Origin: an uncultured delta proteobacterium | Lineage (GTDB): Bacteria; Myxococcota; Myxococcia; Myxococcales; Myxococcaceae | DNA length: 64,000 nt | Reading direction: 5' to 3' | Assembly (NCBI GenBank): GCA_963771175.1 | Contig: CAVYSY010000033.1 | Span: 192,001-256,000 of the forward strand | Shown here: in pieces, positions 36,462 through 45,280 of the stretch | How positions within the stretch are numbered: position 1 is the first letter of the stretch | How the letters are laid out: the number at the start of each line of letters is the position of its first letter | Position numbers and translations under genes: made by a program | The notes under the pieces: model-generated | Told to the model about the DNA's origin: nothing | Database searches by the model: none | What the model saw: only the letters and a program-made list of their open reading frames with translations

Positions 36462-37619
36462 ATGGCGCGCATGGAAGTGGGCATCAACTATCCGAGCGGC
36501 CCGGGCAAGAACAGCCCGACCTATGGCTGGGATTTCGGCATTCCACCGCCGGGCTGGGGACCGCTGCTCTGGAAGACGGTACTCGCGGATGACCTGCGGC
36601 AGTTCCGGGAGATCGGCTTCGTGGCGGTGCGCTGGTTCATCCTCGGCGATGGGCTGACCTACGGGACGCCGAAGGATGACCACCCGCCTCGGCTCGAAGG
36701 AAGTGACTGGCGCTTCACCCCGCCGCCCTCGCTCGATGGCAGCCAGATCATCGAGGACTTCCACTTCATGCTGGAAGTGTTCCGCCAGGCCAACACCCCG
36801 GGGAGCCCGCCCATCCGACTGCTCCCCTCGCTGATCGACTTCCTCGCGTTCAGGCCAGGAGTTCCGGTCAACGGGGGCTGGGTGAAGCAGGGCCGCGCGG
36901 ACCTCGTGCGAGATGCAGCGAAGCGCACGCACTTCCTCCAGACCGTGTTGAAGCCACTGCTGGAGCTCACCGGGCGGCCCGAGTACCGCGGGCTCATCTA
37001 CGCCTGGGAGCTCATCAACGAGCCCGAGTGGGTGACGTACACCGACAGGCCCACGCCGGAGCGGCCCCTCGCCGTGGAGGACATGCGAGCCTTCATCCGG
37101 GAAGGCGCGGCCCTCATCAACGGGTTCGGCTACGACCCCGTCGCGAAGCATGGCCACTTCCGCTCCTCGGTGGGCTTCGCGATGTACCACACGCTGTTCG
37201 ACCGACCCGCCTTCCAGGACTCCTTCGGGGTGTGGCGGCCCGCGGGGTGGAACTCGCCGGGACTCGGCCTGACCCTGCATCAGTTCCACCACTACGCGCA
37301 CCCGGCGCACCGTCAGGACAACCTCCTCGTCCCCCACCCGGCGGGACGGCTGGAGCGCAACACGTTCGATCCGCGCTGGCCGTGCATCCTCGGGGAGATC
37401 GCCACCGGCCCGGACTGCAACCCCTGGCCCGAGCTGCCGCTCCAGGACATCCACAACCGGCTGACGCTCGCCGAGCAGTATGGCTATCCCGCCACCTTCC
37501 TCTGGTCGGCCCGCCGCCCCGCCGAGGAGGATCTGCCCGGAGCCCCCACCGCCACGCTCTGGACGCCGCGCATCCGAGCTCAAATCCAGAAGTTCATCCG
37601 CCCGACCGGGGTGGCCTGA
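36462..37619 (+). CDS. Putative clan GH-A (GH5-like) glycoside hydrolase
   Basis: GINY, AVRWF, YAWELINEPEW (acid/base Glu), QFHHY, ILGE (nucleophile). Confidence 0.65.
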   Translation: MARMEVGINYPSGPGKNSPTYGWDFGIPPPGWGPLLWKTVLADDLRQFREIGFVAVRWFILGDGLTYGTPKDDHPPRLEGSDWRFTPPPSLDGSQIIEDFHFMLEVFRQANTPGSPPIRLLPSLIDFLAFRPGVPVNGGWVKQGRADLVRDAAKRTHFLQTVLKPLLELTGRPEYRGLIYAWELINEPEWVTYTDRPTPERPLAVEDMRAFIREGAALINGFGYDPVAKHGHFRSSVGFAMYHTLFDRPAFQDSFGVWRPAGWNSPGLGLTLHQFHHYAHPAHRQDNLLVPHPAGRLERNTFDPRWPCILGEIATGPDCNPWPELPLQDIHNRLTLAEQYGYPATFLWSARRPAEEDLPGAPTATLWTPRIRAQIQKFIRPTGVA

Positions 37620-37639
37620 GCGAGCCGCCCTCCGCCGGA

Positions 37640-39244
37640 CTACGCCACGCGGCCAATCAGCTCCGTCACCACCGTCTGCGTCCCGGTGAGGTCCGAGGAG
37701 TCACGCCGAGGCCGGGCTGTCTCCATCGCGGCGCCGTTCGCCATCCACCAGCGCTCGGCGTCCTCCTCCGTCCACGCGCCCGCGTCCGCACACGCATCCA
37801 GCGCGAGCCGCAGCTCGCGGGCGGAGTCGAAGCGGTCATCGGGATGCTTCGCGAGGCAGCGGAGGATGATGTCGCACAGGTCCCTCGGCAGCTCGCGACC
37901 CAACCGGGTGCTCGGCGGAGTGGGCGTCGTGTGCAGGTGGTGCGAGCAGATCTCCACCGAGGTGCGGCCCTCGAAGACATGGCAGCCGGTGAGCAGCGCG
38001 TACCCCACCGCCCCCAGCGAATACAGGTCGCCCCGCGCGTCCACCCGTCCCGGAGAGACAATGGCCTCCGGCGCGAGATAGAGCGGCGTGCCGACGACCA
38101 GATGCACCCGCTGGGCGGAGGCCTCCTCGGAGCCGCCCACTTCCTTCACCAACCCGAAGTCGAGCACCTTCACCAGATCCGGCACGCCGCGCCGTCGGCA
38201 CAGGAACAGGTTGGCGGGCTTGACGTCGCGGTGGAGCAACCCCTGGCCGTGCGCCTCCTCCAGCGCCCCACACACCTGACGCAGGATGTGGATGACCCGC
38301 GAGGGCGGCTGGGGCCCCGCGGCCGTGAGCAGCACGTCCAGGTCCACACCCTCCAGGTACTCCATCACGTAATAGAAAAGGCCCTCGGCGGTGCGGCCGT
38401 AGTCGTAGATGGCAATGGTGTTGGGGTGGGTGAGCTGGCTGGTGAGCTGCACCTCGCGCTCGAAGCGCTCCAGGCCCCGGCCGTCCGAGTCGGCGCGCAG
38501 CAGCTTGATGGCGGTGCGGCGGCGCAGCAGGGCGTGGCTGGCCAGGAACACCTCGCCCATGGCACCGGCCCCCAGCGGCTGGAGCAGCGTGTACTGGCCC
38601 AACTGCTTCGCGGCCTGCACCTGCTTGCGCAGGCCGTAGATGACGTGGGAGGTCAGGGTGGCGAGGGTGACGGCGACGCAGCCCCAGAGCAGGGCATCGA
38701 GCGTGGGCACCACGGAGTCGGAGCGGGACCCCGCGTGGGCCATCAGGATGACGACGAGCGCATCCGGCAGGGCGCCGAGCAGGGAGATCCAGAACGTCCT
38801 GCGCACGGAGCTGGGGACGATGACCGCGTGGCTGATGAGCGCGCCGTTGGTGCTCAGCAGCAGCGACAGCGTGTCGCGGTCATAAAAGGCATCCAGCTTG
38901 AGCAGGAAGAGCACGCCGAGCAGGCCCGCGCTGTCCATCCAGGACAGGGCGCGCAGGGAGCGGGGCCCGCCGCGGCACTGGAGCCAGAGACCGAGCGCCA
39001 TCAGGGCGCCGATCAGGTGGAAGGCGTAGCTGGGGTCCACCAGGGCGCGCGTCCACGGCACCTCGAAGAAGAGGACGGCGGCCAGGGTGGTGAGGGCGTA
39101 GAAGGCGAAGGTGAGCGAGCAGAGCGCCCGGTAGAGGAGCTCGAGCCGCTCCTGCAGAAAGGAGCGGGCCTCATCGGACGCGAGCGAGGCGGCGCCGAAG
39201 GAGGGGGGCGGCGAGAAGTAGGGTCTGACCGGGGGGCGCTCCAT
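37640..39244 (-). CDS. Multi-TM Ser/Thr protein kinase
   Basis: About 6 N-terminal TMs; LGAGAMGEV, AIK, HRDVKPAN, DFGL, GTPLYLAPE. Confidence 0.92.
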   Translation of the reverse strand: MERPPVRPYFSPPPSFGAASLASDEARSFLQERLELLYRALCSLTFAFYALTTLAAVLFFEVPWTRALVDPSYAFHLIGALMALGLWLQCRGGPRSLRALSWMDSAGLLGVLFLLKLDAFYDRDTLSLLLSTNGALISHAVIVPSSVRRTFWISLLGALPDALVVILMAHAGSRSDSVVPTLDALLWGCVAVTLATLTSHVIYGLRKQVQAAKQLGQYTLLQPLGAGAMGEVFLASHALLRRRTAIKLLRADSDGRGLERFEREVQLTSQLTHPNTIAIYDYGRTAEGLFYYVMEYLEGVDLDVLLTAAGPQPPSRVIHILRQVCGALEEAHGQGLLHRDVKPANLFLCRRRGVPDLVKVLDFGLVKEVGGSEEASAQRVHLVVGTPLYLAPEAIVSPGRVDARGDLYSLGAVGYALLTGCHVFEGRTSVEICSHHLHTTPTPPSTRLGRELPRDLCDIILRCLAKHPDDRFDSARELRLALDACADAGAWTEEDAERWWMANGAAMETARPRRDSSDLTGTQTVVTELIGRVA

Positions 39245-39438
39245 TCGCCCCTCCGTTCTACACCACCCGGCTCCCTCGTGCGGAGGGGGAGGCTGTGGGA
39301 GGGGAGCAGTGGCCAGGCATCGTCGAGGCCAACCTGACCACCACTCCGCTCCTCGAAGAGAGACGTGGCGGTCGACGAAGAGTGGCGCGGCATTTTGAAT
39401 TGCCGGCTCGGGGAGTGGCTCGTTAGGGTGTCCACCCC

Positions 39439-39810
39439 ATGACCAACCCTCGTCCCCTCCTCTCCGATGACAAGCGTTCCCCCGCCGTGGCCGAGGCTCT
39501 GGCCGGCTTCCACCGCGATGTCGTCGACCAGGTCCGCACCGCCGTGGAGCGCGACCCCGTAGTGGTGGTGGGCATGGCCCAGAACCCCTTCGTCAAGCGG
39601 GCGCGCCAGGCCCTCACCGAGGCCGGCGTCCAGTTCACCTACCTCGAGTACGGCAGCTACTTCGGCATGTGGAAGCAGCGGCTCGCCATCAAGCTGTGGA
39701 GCGGTTGGCCGACCTTCCCCCAGGTGTTCGTCCGCGGCGTGCTCATTGGCGGCTTCAACGACACGACCAAGGCCCTGGCGGACGGCTCCCTCAAGAAGAT
39801 GCTCGGCTGA
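39439..39810 (+). CDS. Glutaredoxin-like protein with no cysteine
   Basis: WPTFPQVFVRGVLIGG glutaredoxin signature; NPFV at the active-site position. Confidence 0.8.
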   Translation: MTNPRPLLSDDKRSPAVAEALAGFHRDVVDQVRTAVERDPVVVVGMAQNPFVKRARQALTEAGVQFTYLEYGSYFGMWKQRLAIKLWSGWPTFPQVFVRGVLIGGFNDTTKALADGSLKKMLG

Positions 39811-40037
39811 GCGCGGCGCCGCGCTTGCCCGTCCGGTTCCCAGGCCGCCAAGGCCCGGGACCCGCACGGGTTGCGCGAGCAGCCACCTCCGGGCGCAGGG
39901 ACTGCGCGTGCGCCCCTCGACGCGCCCTCGGAGGAGGGATGGCGCCTTCCTTGCATCGGAAGCCCTCAGCATCGGGCCTCCGGGAGCCTGGTCGCGGTGG
40001 CCAGGCATGGGCGGGGGCCCCCCACAGGAGCACCACC

Positions 40038-40538
40038 ATGCGAGCCATGCCTTCAAGCTACCTCCCCTATGCCCTCCTCGAGGAGGAAGAGACGGAGACC
40101 CTGCCCGCTCCCTCCTTGTGCACGGTGGACGAGGTGATGGCCCGCGAGGTGCTCGCGGTCCGCCCGGACATCAGCCTGCGGACGGCCGCCGAGTTGATGC
40201 TGGAGCACGCCATCAGCGGTATGCCCGTGGTGGATGAGGAGGGCCAACTGGTGGGGATGCTGTCCAAGACGGACCTGGTGCGTCACCGCATCGAGGACGA
40301 CGTGGAGGCCAGCGTGGAGGTGTTGCCCACGGGCCAGCACTTCCTCGATGGCAGCACCGCCGAGGATGTGATGACGCGGCAGGTGCTCACGGTGCCCGAG
40401 GGCATGTCGCTCGCCATGGCCGCGAAGATCATGGTCAACGCGGGGGTCCACCGGGTGCCCGTCGTGAACCAGATGGGCGCCCTGGTGGGACAGCTCTCCA
40501 CCACTGACATCGTGAGGTGGGTGGCGGGGCTGCCGTAG
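40038..40538 (+). CDS. CBS domain-pair protein
   Basis: ISGMPVVD..LVGMLSKTDL; VHRVPVV..LVGQLSTTDI; RBS AGGAG. Confidence 0.9.
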   Translation: MRAMPSSYLPYALLEEEETETLPAPSLCTVDEVMAREVLAVRPDISLRTAAELMLEHAISGMPVVDEEGQLVGMLSKTDLVRHRIEDDVEASVEVLPTGQHFLDGSTAEDVMTRQVLTVPEGMSLAMAAKIMVNAGVHRVPVVNQMGALVGQLSTTDIVRWVAGLP

Positions 40539-40570
40539 CCGCTCCACGGCCTCCCCGCCCTGCCCTGCCG

Positions 40571-41800
40571 CTACTGCTGGGCCGCGGCCAGGGTGGTGGA
40601 GGTCGTGCCCGCCGGGAGCACGTCCTGCAGGGTCCGGCCCTGCACCCAGCCGTCGTGGTACACCACGCCCGTCTGAGCGATGGTGCTGTTCCGGTACAGG
40701 CCCACCTTCAGGTAGTTGCTCTGCCCGCTGTAGAGCGTGGCGGCGTTGCGCTTGGGAACGACGAGCTTCCCGTTGTGGTACAGCTCGACGAAGCCGTTGT
40801 TCGCGTTGGCCGACCACTTCACGTGGAAGATGAAGTCCTGCCACTGGCCGCGCACCAGCGGCGTGGTCCACAGCACGGTGGTGGCCTGGACGCGGAAGTA
40901 GAGGGTCTCCCCGTTGACGTAGAACTCCACCGGCGGCGAGCCGCTGTTGCCGTCGTGGTGCCACTGGGTGAAGAGCTGCCACGTCTTCGCGCTCGGGAAG
41001 TCCGAGGCGAACATCGTGCTCCAGCGGTAGAAGTACTCATCGCCCTCCTTCTCGCGCGTCATCTTCACCAGCTCGTTGCGGTTGCCGCTGGCGCTGATGG
41101 GGTTGTCCCCCTGCTTCACGGTGACCTTGATGGCGTAACGGCCCTCACGCACCGGCGAGGGAATCACCTGCAGGCGGTCCGAGCTGACCATCTGCGTGCT
41201 GCTCCACTGCGAGCGGTCACCCGTCTCGAAGTCGCCGCGCCACACGACGCTCGGAGCCCGTGCGCCCGACACGGCCGCCGCACAAGGACGCGCCTCGACG
41301 ATGCTGGCCCAATCGTTCAGGGTGTTGCCGTTGACGGTGACGCGCAGGCGGCGCGCGGTGGTGGCCGGGAAGGAGTAGGTCTCCGCCGCCGTCGTCGTGC
41401 CGCTGCTCTTGCCGGTGTAGACGGGCGTGTAGTTGATGCCGTCCAGGGAGGTGGTCACGACGAAGTTGTTGGCGCGCTGATTGCCCTGGTGCCACGCCAC
41501 GGCCACCCCCGAGACGGAGCGATTCGAGCCCAGGTCGTAATCAATCCACGAGCCCTTGCCGAAGTTGCTCCAGCGCGTGTCGAGCCGATCATCCAGCGTG
41601 TTGCCCGGGACGTTGCCGTCGTTGCCGCTGGCGATCACCGAGGACGCGGACAGTTGCGTACAGCCCGAGGCGGTCAGCGCGTCTTCCGCGACGGCCAGGG
41701 TCTCTTGCGACTCTTCGGAGACCAGGTCATCGGGGTGTTGTCCACAGCCAGCGCCGGCGAGGACGAGCAGGGCTTCAGCGAGCAGGAGTGTCTTCTTCAT
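40571..41800 (-). CDS. Lipoprotein: discoidin/CBM32 plus polysaccharide lyase-like domain
   Basis: Lipobox AGC; NTLDDRLDTRWS..ARRLRV; GDFETG, RNEL, QWHH, YLKVGLYR. Confidence 0.82.
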   Translation of the reverse strand: MKKTLLLAEALLVLAGAGCGQHPDDLVSEESQETLAVAEDALTASGCTQLSASSVIASGNDGNVPGNTLDDRLDTRWSNFGKGSWIDYDLGSNRSVSGVAVAWHQGNQRANNFVVTTSLDGINYTPVYTGKSSGTTTAAETYSFPATTARRLRVTVNGNTLNDWASIVEARPCAAAVSGARAPSVVWRGDFETGDRSQWSSTQMVSSDRLQVIPSPVREGRYAIKVTVKQGDNPISASGNRNELVKMTREKEGDEYFYRWSTMFASDFPSAKTWQLFTQWHHDGNSGSPPVEFYVNGETLYFRVQATTVLWTTPLVRGQWQDFIFHVKWSANANNGFVELYHNGKLVVPKRNAATLYSGQSNYLKVGLYRNSTIAQTGVVYHDGWVQGRTLQDVLPAGTTSTTLAAAQQ

Positions 41801-42103
41801 GTGGGAACTCTCCAGGGAGATCAGGACAGACAGCGGGAAGGCCGGGCCGCGCGAGCGGTCGGCGGACGGTGTTCAGGGGGTTCTGCGGACGCGGCTCTCC
41901 CGTTGCGCCAATCAGGGACGGAGCCCTGGCGCCGAAAGGGATTGCGCGTACGCGTGAGGCCTTGACTCCTTCAGTGCCCTCGAATGGCAGGCATGAGGAG
42001 GAAGGAGCATTCCCTAAATCTGTCTTGAGCTCAACACAACGCATCAAGCTCGCGTGAGGGGCAAGCAGGCAGCTCGAGGGAGGCGCCGGGTCAACCCCCG
42101 TTG

Positions 42104-42502
42104 CTAATCACAGACAGCCGTGCCGAGCGCGGAGTCCACGAGACAGCCCGTGCGGCCCAGCGCCACGCAGTCCACGGCCCGCACCCAGCCGAGGACCTCG
42201 TCGCAGTAGACGCGCCGGGTGCCCTCGCAGCGGTCGACGAAGGAGGCATCGCAGCGGGTGGCCGGCGCATACACGCACTGCACGGAGTCCTCACCGAGCT
42301 GCATGCAGGCGGAGTTGGGCGCCTTGCAGTCGAGGAGGGAGCGGTGGGCCTCCCAGTCCGAGCCGACGTTGCACAACTCGTACTGGCCCTCGCCCACGCA
42401 GCGGGAGCGGGTCTCGCAGGCATCCGTGACGCAGCCCGAGCCCACGAAGGTCACCAGGGGCAAGAGCCAGAGCAGTCGGAGAGAAGAGACGACGGGCATC
42501 AT
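42104..42502 (-). CDS. Cys-rich lipoprotein (13 Cys)
   Basis: Lipobox GSGC; CDASFVDRCEGT. Confidence 0.72.
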   Translation of the reverse strand: MMPVVSSLRLLWLLPLVTFVGSGCVTDACETRSRCVGEGQYELCNVGSDWEAHRSLLDCKAPNSACMQLGEDSVQCVYAPATRCDASFVDRCEGTRRVYCDEVLGWVRAVDCVALGRTGCLVDSALGTAVCD

Positions 42503-42522
42503 GGTGGGCTCTCCAGGTGGAT

Positions 42523-42933
42523 TCAGAGGCACTGCACGGGCCTGTCGGGAGTGCGACGTCCGCAGCGACCGGTGCCGGGCTGGTTGGTGCAGTCCTCGGC
42601 GGAGACATAGCCGCCCATGCAGGAGACGAGCACGGTGCCCTCGCAGGACGTAACGAAGGACTCGTCACAGGCCGTGAGCGGCGAGCGGGCGCAGAAGAAC
42701 CTGGTCCCATCCGGGCTGCTTCGGGGGGTGCGGCGCTCCACGCAGAGCGGCGCGGGCTCCAGGCAGGGGTACACCACGGGGGAGCCGGAGCCCACGAGCT
42801 GATCGACCCCGATAGAGCACTCCATGACGACGTTGCCCTCGCAGTGGGGCTCGAAGTCGCACCCCACCCGGCAGGCCCAGAGGCCCGGGGCGGAGAAGAC
42901 AAGGGAGAGGAGGAGGAGGACGCGGGTTCGCAT
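42523..42933 (-). CDS. Cys-rich lipoprotein (13 Cys), paralogue of the neighbour
   Basis: Lipobox LWAC; CDESFVTSCEGT. Confidence 0.72.
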   Translation of the reverse strand: MRTRVLLLLSLVFSAPGLWACRVGCDFEPHCEGNVVMECSIGVDQLVGSGSPVVYPCLEPAPLCVERRTPRSSPDGTRFFCARSPLTACDESFVTSCEGTVLVSCMGGYVSAEDCTNQPGTGRCGRRTPDRPVQCL

Positions 42934-43005
42934 GGGCCAGCACATGCTGGAGCGCGGAGAAACCCGAAGCAAGCGCCCTCCGTCGCGAACGCGCGGAGGC
43001 GGCGC

Positions 43006-45105
43006 TCACGTCTCGGAGCACAGGAGGGCTGGCAGCCCGACGGACTGCTCGTAGATGTGCTCGAGGAACTCGGGAACCAGCGAGGCGGCGATGATCCACA
43101 GGCAGGGCCGCGCCGATGGGTCATCGTGCAGGCGCGCCTCCTTCGCGTAGGCGCCGTCGTCCTCGCACAGGTAGACGAAGGAGGTGCGTCCCCGGAGCGA
43201 GTACCAGCGGCGCGCCTCGTCCAGCAGCGCCACGTAGGCGGTGCGCGCCTCCCGCGATAGCGGGAACAAGCGAGCGGCATCGAGCAGGCCGGAGAGGTTC
43301 GTTCCGGGATGCCCCAGCTCGAGCACCATCGCGGCGAGCGGGACACCGTCGCGGCGCGCCACGAAGATCCGCCGCTCACGCTCCAGCCCCACGCTCCGCC
43401 AGGCCCGGGACACACCCCACAGCTCCAGGCCGTCACGCGTGAAGTCCAGCGCCTCGACGTAGCAGGCGGGCCGGGTGCGGGCGAGCTCGCCGGCCAGCAG
43501 GAACTTCTCTCCAATCGTGGCGGGTCCGATCTCCAGCTCCCCCATGGGCTGACCGCTCGGCGCGTCGCACTGCGCCTCCATCACCCGGAGCGGCAGCACC
43601 AGCGACTGCTCACGCTCCTGCATCCGCTGGGCGAACCGCACGTGCGTCCGGTACATCCAGGGGAGGGTCGACTCGGCGTAGCAGAACATCCACCGGAACT
43701 CCGGGTCCCCCTGCGCGTGCTCCACCGTGCGCAGGTAGGTGTCGCGCAGAATCTGTCCCGGCACATGCGGCGTGTCGACCGGCCTCCCGGGCCTCCGCCC
43801 GAGCTGGTGCAGCAGCCAGGAGTGGCTGTAGGGCTTCACCGCGGAGAGCGACGCCTCCACGCCCCGCTCCGAAGGCCACACCGTCTGGCAGAAGAACTGG
43901 GGCAATTGCGCCGCCTGCGTCCCGAGGTCCATGAAGCTCCTGCGGAGCGCCTCGACGCGCTCGATCGACCCGACGAACGGGTTGAAATAGCCCGAGGCGA
44001 CGTACAGGTCCCAGAGCGGTTCGAGCAGCTCCTCACTGGTGCGAGTGGTGGGGCAGAGCGACTGGGAGACGAGGCGCGTCCACAGCACCGCGTCCCGCTC
44101 CGTGCGCGGCCGCACCTCCAGGCCAAACACCCGCCGCCCATCGATGCTCGCCAGGGATACGTGGCGCACCTCGCCACTCAGATAGAGGCACTCGCCACCG
44201 GCCAGCTCCAGCTCGAGCGGCAGGAAGAGCCCCGGGAAGATCAGGTCATCGGGCTCGCCACACAGCCCCAGCCCGGAGAAGGAGAGGTCGACGACCTCGC
44301 GCTCCCGCCGTCCCAGCTCCTTCCACAGCGGATGGTCGAAGCGGGCCCGCAGCCCCGGGGGCGCCGGCACGCGGCGGTGCCAGCGGTGGCGCACCTTCCA
44401 CAACCGCTCGGGCAGGGGCGTCACCAGCCACTCCCCTTGCGCGACGGGCCCCGTCAGGCGCATCCGGTAGGCCGAGTTGTAGCCGATCACCTCGATGTCA
44501 TAGGGCGGGTCACCCCACTCCACGCCCGGCTCGGCGCAGTGCCAGTGCAGCAGACTCCGACTGGCGTCCAGGCGCGCCAGCATCACCCGCACCGTCCGGC
44601 CCGGCTGACGCAGCACGCCCTTGTTGTTCATGGCGGAGATGGCCGTGAGGATGGATTCGATGCGCTCGCTCCCGGAGATCTCCTCCTGCACCGGCAGGGG
44701 TGAGGCCTCGGGCTCGGCACCGCCGCGGAGGAGCGCGTCGTCCAGCACCGTGAGGATCTGCCGTCCCTGCTCCGGAGAGACCCCGACGAGCTGGAATCCC
44801 AGGGCGGTGCCCCGCGCCCCGGCGTCGCTCCACCGCAGCTCGCTCGTCAGGGGGCCGATGCTCGTGCCTCCTGCGTCAAGGCACACCCGCAGCGTCCGCT
44901 CACGTGACAGCAGCTCCGCCGCCCCGCCGCTCCCGGCCAGCGTCCAGACCGAAGTGGGACTCAGCCGCGTCGCGCGGCCCAGCACGACCCCGTGCTCGGG
45001 CACGGCGAGCTGGATGCCACTCGGACCATGGAGCGAATACCCCGAATAGGGGCTGGTGACCGACCCCGCTGGAAGACCTGTCAGCGGCTCCGTGACTCCT
45101 TGCAT
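43006..45105 (-). CDS. PilZ domain protein with large C-terminal domain (possibly acyltransferase fold)
   Basis: RWHRR plus DLSFSGLG PilZ motifs; degenerate PilZ-like N-terminus. Confidence 0.72.
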   Translation of the reverse strand: MQGVTEPLTGLPAGSVTSPYSGYSLHGPSGIQLAVPEHGVVLGRATRLSPTSVWTLAGSGGAAELLSRERTLRVCLDAGGTSIGPLTSELRWSDAGARGTALGFQLVGVSPEQGRQILTVLDDALLRGGAEPEASPLPVQEEISGSERIESILTAISAMNNKGVLRQPGRTVRVMLARLDASRSLLHWHCAEPGVEWGDPPYDIEVIGYNSAYRMRLTGPVAQGEWLVTPLPERLWKVRHRWHRRVPAPPGLRARFDHPLWKELGRREREVVDLSFSGLGLCGEPDDLIFPGLFLPLELELAGGECLYLSGEVRHVSLASIDGRRVFGLEVRPRTERDAVLWTRLVSQSLCPTTRTSEELLEPLWDLYVASGYFNPFVGSIERVEALRRSFMDLGTQAAQLPQFFCQTVWPSERGVEASLSAVKPYSHSWLLHQLGRRPGRPVDTPHVPGQILRDTYLRTVEHAQGDPEFRWMFCYAESTLPWMYRTHVRFAQRMQEREQSLVLPLRVMEAQCDAPSGQPMGELEIGPATIGEKFLLAGELARTRPACYVEALDFTRDGLELWGVSRAWRSVGLERERRIFVARRDGVPLAAMVLELGHPGTNLSGLLDAARLFPLSREARTAYVALLDEARRWYSLRGRTSFVYLCEDDGAYAKEARLHDDPSARPCLWIIAASLVPEFLEHIYEQSVGLPALLCSET

Positions 45106-45280
45106 GGCGATTCCCCCTGCGAGGCTCTCAAACCCTTGCATTCAAGAGGAAACATGCTCAGCGAATCCTCGTCAAGGACTCACGTGACAGCCATTGAATT
45201 CCCCACCGGAGCACCCATGCCATGGAAAAGCTGCACCGGGGACATGCCAGGAATTGAAGGGCTCACGGGGCTTCCCGTGC

